The position numbers were made by a program, and so were the translations under genes. Positions 1 to 7,345 of a stretch of 12,932 nt of DNA are shown here, piece by piece (position 1 is the first letter of the stretch; each line of letters begins with the position of its first letter). The DNA comes from an uncultured archaeon (GTDB lineage Archaea; Asgardarchaeota; Thorarchaeia; Thorarchaeales; Thorarchaeaceae): assembly GCA_964590575.1 (NCBI GenBank), contig CAZPWM010000040.1, positions 12,287 through 25,218 on the forward strand. The letters are read 5' to 3'. The notes under the pieces were generated by a model. The model was not told the origin of the DNA, made no database searches, and worked only from the letters and a program-made list of their open reading frames with translations.

Positions 1-1014
1 GTTCACAAGGAGACCTTCCCAGCCCATCCACGCGTTTTCATTTATAGTGACCTCGTCTGGGATTGTTCCTAGCTCTATGAATACTGGTTCGGTTTCACAG
101 AAATCGATAGCTCCAGATTTAACAGCCTCAGTCATTACTTCTACCGTGTCGTAGAAGGTGACCAGGATGCCATCGATGTTTGGTGCACCTAAATGATAGT
201 CAGGGTTGGCATCAAGTCTGATGTAGTTTCCTACCGAGTATTCGTTCAGCATGAATGCTCCAGTACCATTGAGTGGTGTTGGCCACGCAGGATTGAGCAT
301 ACCCCACCAGATTGAATCTTGATACCCATAAGTAGCGTAATTTACTGACTCAGTGCCATATGTGGGGTCGTCCCATGTCAGAGGATTCCAGAGATGTTTT
401 GCTAGAATCGGGACATAAGTCAACCCGGTTAGAAACGCTTCTTGATTGACCGCAACTGGAGTACCATTGTATTCGTCACGATAGTTAAGCTGCCATGCTG
501 GATCACCCACACCACCATTTGGATCCCAGAAGTAAATATTAGCATAACCTGAATCTACGAAGTTCAAGACAAGTGTATGGTCATCAGGAACCCCGATGTT
601 ATAGTGGTCAATTCGAGGTGTCTGACCCACCCAGAAACCTAGCCAGGTCCAAGTAAAGAGGGTCCAGTTCGCATCCTGTGCTGTGAAGGGGGTGCCGTCA
701 TGCCATTTAGCATCTGGATCCATGTGCATTACTAACTGGGTACCATTTGGTGCCCACTCCCAGCTCTCTGCGAGACAGGGTTGGATACCCCAGTTATCAT
801 CCCATCTGACCAGAGGGTCAAATATCCAATTAATAAACTCCCATGACATGATTGATGCGGCCATTACCGGATTAAGGCTGTCTGGTTCACCAAACATCCC
901 TATGTTCATAATCTTAGGTGTTTGCGCTATTACTGCAGTAGGCGTAGAGGCAAACAATGGAAAGATCATAAGGACCGCAATAGTCAGTGATAGGAGTATT
1001 CTATCCTTTTTCAA
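1..1014 (-). CDS. ABC transporter substrate-binding protein, family 5 (OppA/DppA/NikA-like); 3' end lies outside the window
   Basis: Not in the ORF track because it runs off the edge; translated by hand. TTG at 1014 follows an RBS-like GGATGTGA. Signal peptide MKKDRILLSLTIAVLMIFPLFA, then family-5 motifs EPDSLNP, IFDPLV, PCLAESWEWAPNG, KWHDGTPFTAQD, ILAKHLW and GTGAFMLNEYSVGNYIRLDANPDY..GAPNID, all in one frame. Confidence 0.93.
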   Translation of the reverse strand, partial: MKKDRILLSLTIAVLMIFPLFASTPTAVIAQTPKIMNIGMFGEPDSLNPVMAASIMSWEFINWIFDPLVRWDDNWGIQPCLAESWEWAPNGTQLVMHMDPDAKWHDGTPFTAQDANWTLFTWTWLGFWVGQTPRIDHYNIGVPDDHTLVLNFVDSGYANIYFWDPNGGVGDPAWQLNYRDEYNGTPVAVNQEAFLTGLTYVPILAKHLWNPLTWDDPTYGTESVNYATYGYQDSIWWGMLNPAWPTPLNGTGAFMLNEYSVGNYIRLDANPDYHLGAPNIDGILVTFYDTVEVMTEAVKSGAIDFCETEPVFIELGTIPDEVTINENAWMGWEGLLVN

Positions 1015-1085
1015 AGATGTCACATCCTAATGTAAGGTGGTCGATAAATACTGGTGTACACGGATTAAAATACAACCAACAAGTT

Positions 1086-1101
1086 TGTTCATTGATGTAC
1101 A
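1086..1101. promoter_or_regulatory. Putative operator TGTTCA-N4-TGTACA upstream of the SBP gene (extra TGTACACGG at 1055-1063)
   Basis: TGTTCAttgaTGTACA matches the first 16 bp of the 47-bp repeats (TGTTCActcaTGTACA). TGTACACGG at 1055-1063 is identical to 4110-4118. It lies in the intergenic region 5' of the SBP. Confidence 0.6.
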
Positions 1102-1139
1102 TATCTGGATAATATGCTGAAATCAAGTTTCATAGACAT

Positions 1140-2135
1140 CTAACGCCGTTTTATTAGCACAAAAGCGATTATAATAAGTCCTAAACTCAGGCCACTAATG
1201 ATTACAATTGGATCTAGATTGAAAGGTTCTTCAGGACTAGTATTAGTCGGAGAAGTAGTGCTAGTCGAAGAAGTAGTTCCAGTCGGAGTAGTTACAGATC
1301 CACTATTTTCAAGCAACCAAAGTGAAACTTTAAGCATCATGTCCCATTCTGAACCAAAATCATCAAAGGCAGCATCCCATCCAACACTACCATCCCGGGC
1401 CGAGTCCTCTTCCCATTCTGGATGGGGGCCGGAAAGAAATACTCGTCCATTTTCGTACTCAAATGCAATCATCGCAGATTCATTGTTTGCGGCATATGTC
1501 GCCAAGCTATGGATACCCTCTTTGCTGGCTATGTCAAACCAGGGACCTCCAAAGTACTGTATTGTATGATTCGCGGGCTCTCCAGATAGGTCGATTAGAG
1601 AAGAAGTCTGGTTTATGATAATCTCGGTCATGGCACGATTAGGCCATGTGGCTATCTCCTCTACTGGACCAATTCCATATCCATCAAACAGGTTTAGTGG
1701 ATATTCGAGGGGAACACCCTCCCAAAGTAGCTTGTCGCATCCAAAGTATGCACCAGCACAAACTCCAAAGAATGCACCTCCAGCTTTGACAAAATTCCGA
1801 ATCTCAGTAATGCCTGTTCCTGCAAGGTCCGTGTTGTAATCTCCAGCCCAACCACCAGGAACCGCTATCATATCATACTCAGAAAGATCCCCATCAGAGA
1901 TATCTGATGCATAGAGGACATCTACTGAGGCATTCATCCAAGAGAACATGTATTGTAGAGCAGTTCTGCTTTCTGCACTGGTTGATCCACCATAATACAG
2001 AGCAATTTTCTTTCCAGCGAGGTCAGTTGGAGTGGTTTGAGCTGTCGTGGCCATGATGTAAAATGGACTCACAATAAAGAGCGACGCAATCACTAAAACA
2101 ATGAGTTTTCGTTGGCAGTGTGCATTCAATTTCAA
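1140..2135 (-). CDS. Secreted, C-terminally membrane-anchored BPL-N (biotin-protein ligase N-terminal) / class I glutamine amidotransferase-like protein
   Basis: GATase1/BPL-N motifs IALYYGG, VPGG, GVCAGAY (nucleophile elbow), YFGGP and LSGPHPE. N-terminal RK plus hydrophobic signal, Thr/Ser linker, C-terminal TM helix ending KRR. Start is uncertain (TTG at 2135 or 2129; the ORF track extends to 2174). Confidence 0.85.
   Translation of the reverse strand: MKLNAHCQRKLIVLVIASLFIVSPFYIMATTAQTTPTDLAGKKIALYYGGSTSAESRTALQYMFSWMNASVDVLYASDISDGDLSEYDMIAVPGGWAGDYNTDLAGTGITEIRNFVKAGGAFFGVCAGAYFGCDKLLWEGVPLEYPLNLFDGYGIGPVEEIATWPNRAMTEIIINQTSSLIDLSGEPANHTIQYFGGPWFDIASKEGIHSLATYAANNESAMIAFEYENGRVFLSGPHPEWEEDSARDGSVGWDAAFDDFGSEWDMMLKVSLWLLENSGSVTTPTGTTSSTSTTSPTNTSPEEPFNLDPIVIISGLSLGLIIIAFVLIKRR
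1245..1293. repeat. Imperfect 18-bp tandem repeat encoding the Thr/Ser-rich linker
   Basis: Units agtcggagaagtagtgct / agtcgaagaagtagttcc / agtcggagtagtt; they encode roughly TTPTGTTSSTSTTSPT on the minus strand. Confidence 0.6.
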
Positions 2136-2191
2136 CAGCTCTTGAAGTTTGTGAATTCTAATTGTGACGTTCAATGCTATATGATTCTTTG

Positions 2192-2198
2192 TTTATAT
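2192..2198. promoter_or_regulatory. TATA-box-like element in the divergent promoter region
   Basis: TTTATAT (minus strand ATATAAA) 2 bp before repeat copy 1, between divergently transcribed genes. Direction cannot be determined. Confidence 0.4.
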
Positions 2199-2200
2199 CT

Positions 2201-2247
2201 TGTTCACTCATGTACACGCTTGTTGCAACGGTTCATATCATTGTTCA
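2201..2247 (+). repeat. 47-bp intergenic direct repeat, copy 1 (putative operator array)
   Basis: tgttcactcatgtacacgcttgttgcaacggttcatatcattgttca; 45/47 identical to 4100-4146. Confidence 0.95.
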
Positions 2248-2305
2248 AACCTTTCTAAGAATTGACAGTAGACAAGATAGAGTGTCACGTGTGGTGAATG
2301 ACGGA

Positions 2306-4084
2306 ATGCCTGAAGAAAATACATCGATTGATGAGATTCAAAAGACAGTGGAACATCTTTGCGAGTTTGGTCAGAAAGTGGCTGGGACTAAGGCAGAGAT
2401 ACAGGCTGCCAACTATCTATACGATTGTCTCAAGGGTTTTGGTTTTTCAAAAGTTGAGATGCAAGCATTTGATGTCCATGGCTGGAATCCAATCTCCTCC
2501 TCAGTTAGAATAGATAAACCTGTTCAAAAGGAAATAGAATCGGCTCTATTTCCGTATTGCAAATCCGAATCGGTCGAAGGACCAGTAGTCCCCATCGAAA
2601 GTAGAGAAGGCAAGTCTTCACAACACGAATCAGGTTTGATTGCATTTGCTGATTGGGGATCTGATGTCTACCTTAGTGTTAGGGCGACATATTTTCGCGC
2701 AGTCAAACTAGGGTATAAGGGCTTGATTGTAGCTGGACCTCAAGACGACCTATTGAGAGTAGTTGTAATTCCATGTGGTGGTCTCCTTGAAATTCCAGTC
2801 GTCTGCATCACTAAAGAGGAGGGAGATTCTCTTCGCTCAATGATGGTTAAAGGTGAGGTGAGGGTTAGGATTGAAACAGAAGTTGAGATTTCAGGTAAGT
2901 CACAGTCTCACAATGTTGTAGCAATTCTTGAGGGAGATGGGACTTTTGAACATTAGAGTGTTGTAGGCGCACACTATGACTCTTGGTTTCAAGGTGCTGC
3001 TGACAACTGTGCTCCAGCTGCTACGGTTCTTGAGCTAGCAAGATTGTTCCATGCAAAGGCAAAGGAAGGTCAGGTACCTAAGAGAACAATTAGGTTTCTA
3101 TTCTATGGAGCTGAAGAGAGTGGTTCTAACGATTTCTATTTCTGGATTGTTGGATCTCAAGCCTATGTCAGAGATAACCAAGATTCAGTAGCTAAGACTG
3201 CTGCAGTTTTGAGTCTAGACTCCACGGGATATACTCATCCAGCTATCGACCATATAGATGCTACAGCCGAAGTTCTCGATTTTGCTAAATCACTGCGAGC
3301 AGATGAAGGGAAGGTTCCTTCACTGATTTATGGATCTCCTCCAAGCTATGGGAGTGACCACTGGTTCTTTGAAATTTCGGGGGTTCCAACGATTTATGGA
3401 GTGGCTTATACAAGTCCCCTCTATCATACACAGAAAGATGATCCAGAGCATTTGGATTTTGATGCAGTACATTTCTATGCTGAGTACATGAAGAACGCTT
3501 TGTTGCATCTTGCAAGTTGCAGCCTTCTTCCAATAGATATCTTTGCACCTTTAGAGAGATTCAAACAAATACTCTCGAAATACAGTGGGATGGAGGGAAA
3601 CCCAGTTGACCTCAAACCTTTAGTCGAGGAGGTGAAGCATTTGATTAAACGTAAGTCTTCGTTTCGAAAGCTACTTGCATCTGCAAGGCAAGATAATAAT
3701 TCGGAGCAACTAGCTAGTATCAACCAATTCTTACTCAAGGCAGCATATGGGTTCAATCGCACAATTGGTTTTACGACACGACCTTTTGAAACGTATACTA
3801 GTGATTATCTTTCACGTCTTGAGATGATAGAGGATTATATACACCTCAATAGATCCATTACTAGTCTACGCCAAATACCAATCGCCACCTTCGATTCTGT
3901 GACAGTTAAACGAATGGAATCGCAATCAGACAATCCCTATAATTGGCTTAGAATTCATGATTCTCTCACGAATTTGGAGCAAGAACGTGCAAGGATAGAG
4001 AACGAGATACAAGACGAGATTACATCATTATCAGAATTGATTTCCAATTTTTTAGTAGATATAGACATCATAATCGATGCTTGA
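2306..4084 (+). CDS. M28 family metallopeptidase paralog A (PA domain + M28 + TfR/GCPII-like helical C-terminal domain), interrupted by an in-frame TAG at 2954-2956 (pseudogene, sequence error or readthrough)
   Basis: ORFs 2174-2956 and 3044-4084 are in the same frame. The gap translates EH*SVVGAHYDSWFQGAADNCAPAATVLELARLF. Complete M28 residue set: HYD, GAADN, GAEE, SLD, SDH, YHT. ATG at 2306 has a GGTGA RBS at 2293-2297. Collinear with 5517-7322 over the full length (592 codons before the final stop). Confidence 0.85.
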
Positions 4085-4099
4085 TTCATTGACGGTTAA

Positions 4100-4146
4100 T
4101 GTTCACTCATGTACACGGTTGTTGCAACGTTTCATATCATTGTTCA
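4100..4146 (+). repeat. 47-bp intergenic direct repeat, copy 2 (putative operator array)
   Basis: tgttcactcatgtacacggttgttgcaacgtttcatatcattgttca; differs from copy 1 only at repeat positions 19 and 31. Confidence 0.95.
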
Positions 4147-4161
4147 TACTCTAGTACTAAA

Positions 4162-4175
4162 TTAGTTATAACTAA
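4162..4175. promoter_or_regulatory. Perfect 14-bp palindrome TTAGTTATAACTAA containing a TATA-like TTATAA
   Basis: Exact self-reverse-complement, about 50 bp upstream of the aminotransferase ATG (4225). An adjacent 8-bp palindrome TAGTACTA lies at 4152-4159. Confidence 0.5.
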
Positions 4176-4224
4176 ACCAGAATTTCATCTCCTCACTGGT
4201 CACTATCCTCCGGAGAGATTTTCC

Positions 4225-5520
4225 ATGATAGACTCGAAAGATATCATAAAGAAAGAGAAAGAGTTCTATGTTCCAGCCTATGCTAAGAAACCACTAGTAA
4301 TTGTTAAGGGAAAGGACACAGTTGTCTGGGATGCAGATGGCAATCAGTATATAGACTGCTTGAGTGGGATATCAGTAACAAATGCGGGTCATTGCCCAGA
4401 TCGACTTGTTCGAGCAGGGCAGGAACAGATGGGTAAGCTTATTCATTGTTCAGGGTTGTATCACAATATCCCAGCAACCCTATTAGCTGAGAAAATTGCT
4501 GGGATAACTCCATCGTCATTGAAGAAGTCCTTCTTTGTTAATAGTGGTGCTGAGGCGGTGGAGGGTGCAGTTAAGATTGCTAAGAAATATGCTGTCACAC
4601 AAGGACGCACAGGTGAAGGTGTCATTGCGCTTGAGGGGTCGTTCCATGGTAGACTTGGACTCTCACTTACTCTGACTGGACAAGCAAAATACAAGAAGGG
4701 TTTTGGAACCTTCGCGAACTTCCCGGGCGTGGCTCATGCTCCAATGCCATATTGCTATAGATGTCCACTGTCGTACCCTGATTGTGAAATCGAATGTGCA
4801 AGAAAAGTCAAAGACATCATAAAATACCACACAACCGCGGATGTGGCAGCAATGATCGTGGAACCGGTTATGGGTGAAGGTGGTATAATTGTACCTCCTA
4901 AGGAATATCATGATATTGTTCAAAAAATCTGTAAAGACCATAATATACTCTACATAGCAGATGAGGTCCAAACAGGATTTGGTAGAACTGGCAAAATGTT
5001 TGCAATAGAACATTGGGGCATCAAACCAGATATCTTGACTATGGCAAAAGGACTGGGTGCAGGGATGCCAATAGGAGGGTACGTTACTACACCCGAGATT
5101 GCTGATTCTCTTGAATCAGGGGACCATTTCTCAACATTTGGAGGAAATCCTGTATCTTGCGCTGTTGCAGCAGAGAATATCGATTACCTTCAAGAAGAGG
5201 GCTTGATATCAAATTCCGAAAATATTGGAAATCAAGTAAGAGAGAGAATTACTGAATTAATGGACCAAATCAGTTTAATCGGGGAAGTCAGGGGCAAAGG
5301 TCTCATGATTGGTGTAGAGCTTGTCAAAGACAAGAAGGCGAGAATTCCAGCTTCTGACGAAGCAAAAGAACTCAGTACACGGTTAATGAAGAAAGGAGTT
5401 CTTGTTGGAACGGGAGGGGTTTATGGAAATGTCATCAGATTCCAACCTCCACTGTGTATCACCAATGAACAGGCAAATAAAGTGCTAAACATGTTTGAAG
5501 AGGAAGTAAAGCAACTGTGA
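4225..5520 (+). CDS. Class-III PLP-dependent aminotransferase (GabT/ArgD/AGXT2-like omega-aminotransferase family)
   Basis: Motifs WDADGNQYID, NSGAEAVEGAVKIA, SFHGR, EPVMGEGG, DEVQTGFGRTG, MAKG (PLP lysine), STFGGNP, VRGKGLMIG and RFQPPL. ATG at 4225 follows GGAG at 4212-4215; the upstream ORF extension is just the repeat region. Confidence 0.95.
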   Translation: MIDSKDIIKKEKEFYVPAYAKKPLVIVKGKDTVVWDADGNQYIDCLSGISVTNAGHCPDRLVRAGQEQMGKLIHCSGLYHNIPATLLAEKIAGITPSSLKKSFFVNSGAEAVEGAVKIAKKYAVTQGRTGEGVIALEGSFHGRLGLSLTLTGQAKYKKGFGTFANFPGVAHAPMPYCYRCPLSYPDCEIECARKVKDIIKYHTTADVAAMIVEPVMGEGGIIVPPKEYHDIVQKICKDHNILYIADEVQTGFGRTGKMFAIEHWGIKPDILTMAKGLGAGMPIGGYVTTPEIADSLESGDHFSTFGGNPVSCAVAAENIDYLQEEGLISNSENIGNQVRERITELMDQISLIGEVRGKGLMIGVELVKDKKARIPASDEAKELSTRLMKKGVLVGTGGVYGNVIRFQPPLCITNEQANKVLNMFEEEVKQL

Positions 5521-7322
5521 TAACTCAGATACTTGAAAACCAGTTATTGCGAATGGTGTCTATCAATGATATTCGTGAAACTATTGAGAACCTCTCTTTG
5601 ATTGATAACAAAATAGCTGGATCTGAGTCTTCGAAAAAAGCAGTCAAGTACATCAAGAAACGGTTATCCCAATATGGAATCACAGACATCACAGAAGAAA
5701 AGTTCGACGTACACCTTTGGAATCCAGTTTCCTGTGTCCTTAAAGTGACAACGCCTGTTCAAAAAGATATCAAAGCGGCTGTTTTTCCTTACAGTCTATC
5801 AGCAAACGTAAAGGGACCTCTAATCCAATTTCATAGCACAAGTCCAGAGATTCACGAAAAAAATCACGGTACAATCGGTATAACAACCTGGGGACCTGAC
5901 CTCTATCTTGGTCCAATGAAAGCTTACTTCAATGCTCTCGATCAGGAAGCAAAGGCAATAATCATTATTTCCCCCACAGAAGGCGATCTCAACAAGGTTG
6001 TCGTTATTTCGTCTGGAGGACTTCTTAAGATACCAGCTATAAATGTGACAAAGGAGGAGGGGGACTATCTATTGAAGCTAGTTGAGAGCGGCCCTGTGAT
6101 TGTTGAAATTGAGCTTGATGTTGAATACTCAGAGAATGCGGAATCTCAAAATCTAGTTACAACCATTCAGAGTACAGATGGCTCAAAAGAAGAGCTTGTT
6201 GTAGGAGCTCACATTGATGCATGGTTCAAGGGTGCAGCGGAAAGTTCAGCTCCTATAGCAATTGTAATAGAGCTGGCAAGAATTTTTCATGAACATGTCA
6301 AGCAAGGTCGGGAGTTGAAGCGGAATATACGTTTTATTTTCTTCGGAGCTCAAGAAAGTGGGTCTAAGGATTTCTACTACTGGTGCAATGGATCAAAAGC
6401 CTACATCAAAAATCATCAAGATATCTTGGAGAATATAGTGGCCATGCTTGCATTGGATTCAATTGGCTATCCAACCCCAACTCAGAATTTCATTGGAGCA
6501 ACCTCGGACCTTTCAGAATTCGTTAGGGGTGTTAAGCCAAAAGTCAGTGGTCCAAATATTGAGTACTTTGACCCACCAGGGTATGGAAGTGACCATTGGT
6601 TCTTTGAAATCTCAGGAATACCCTCAATCTTTTGTGTTGCTTTTGAAAGTAAGCTGTATCACACTCAGAAAGACGACCCTGAAAACTTAGATTATGAGGC
6701 TGTTCAGTTTTATGCTGAGTTCTTGAAGGATTCTGTCTTTCATCTCGCCAACTCGGATATTCTACCTATTGACATATTTCAGCCCCTAGCTGCTTTTCAG
6801 AAAATACTTTCATATCATACCAGGTGGAAGGATAGTCCCTTTGATCTTTCTCAGTTATTATCGAAAGTTAGTAGAATAATAAGTAAAAGAAAACAGTTTG
6901 AAAGAGTTGTAAAGAGAACTATGGATAAAGGAGTCAGCGATGAGGTAGATGAAGTCAATCAATTCTTATTACACACAACAAGGATGATGAACCAGACAAT
7001 TGGTTGGATTTGGAGAGAAAGCCCACCTGATGACGTGAATTACCTTGCCAGTTTTGAAATGATTGCAGACTATATCGACATCAATACTTCAATTAGGGCA
7101 TTACGAAATATGCCTGTTTCTAACGTCGGTTCGCACTCAGCTGCGAAATTGAATAAACAGAAAGAGAATCCTTACAATTGGATAAAGGTTCAGAAGCCTC
7201 TATCAATGTTAGAACAAGAGAGATCAAAAATCTTCCAGAAGGTCGAGGGTGAGATTTCAAACTTAGCAAAAATATTGGATAATATTGCTAGTGGAATGAA
7301 TTCTATCTTAAAGGATAAATGA
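5517..7322 (+). CDS. M28 family peptidase-like paralog B (PA + M28 + TfR/GCPII-like C-terminal domain) with a non-canonical active site
   Basis: Motifs VVGAHIDAW, GAAES, FFGAQESG, LDS, GSDH and YHTQKDD; collinear with paralog A. GTG start overlaps the aminotransferase TGA (GTGA); alternative ATG at 5553. Confidence 0.9.
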   Translation: MITQILENQLLRMVSINDIRETIENLSLIDNKIAGSESSKKAVKYIKKRLSQYGITDITEEKFDVHLWNPVSCVLKVTTPVQKDIKAAVFPYSLSANVKGPLIQFHSTSPEIHEKNHGTIGITTWGPDLYLGPMKAYFNALDQEAKAIIIISPTEGDLNKVVVISSGGLLKIPAINVTKEEGDYLLKLVESGPVIVEIELDVEYSENAESQNLVTTIQSTDGSKEELVVGAHIDAWFKGAAESSAPIAIVIELARIFHEHVKQGRELKRNIRFIFFGAQESGSKDFYYWCNGSKAYIKNHQDILENIVAMLALDSIGYPTPTQNFIGATSDLSEFVRGVKPKVSGPNIEYFDPPGYGSDHWFFEISGIPSIFCVAFESKLYHTQKDDPENLDYEAVQFYAEFLKDSVFHLANSDILPIDIFQPLAAFQKILSYHTRWKDSPFDLSQLLSKVSRIISKRKQFERVVKRTMDKGVSDEVDEVNQFLLHTTRMMNQTIGWIWRESPPDDVNYLASFEMIADYIDINTSIRALRNMPVSNVGSHSAAKLNKQKENPYNWIKVQKPLSMLEQERSKIFQKVEGEISNLAKILDNIASGMNSILKDK

Positions 7323-7345
7323 GTCTTTCAAGAGGAGTAGAGAGA

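Noticed and set aside
683-1030. 115-aa plus-strand ORF
   Set aside because: Antisense shadow of the SBP gene, which has clear family motifs on the minus strand.
2174-2305. N-terminal extensions of ORFs 2174-2956 and 4099-5520 (4099-4224)
   Set aside because: They run through the 47-bp repeat in different reading frames and match neither family; RBS-supported starts are at 2306 and 4225.
3044-4084. Independent 346-aa gene starting at TTG 3044
   Set aside because: It lacks the HxD and DN metal ligands encoded just upstream in the same frame, so it is the 3' part of M28-A.
2201-4146. 47-bp repeats as a CRISPR array or IS/transposon ends
   Set aside because: Only two copies, 1.9 kb apart and in direct orientation, with no spacers, cas, transposase or integrase genes in the window.
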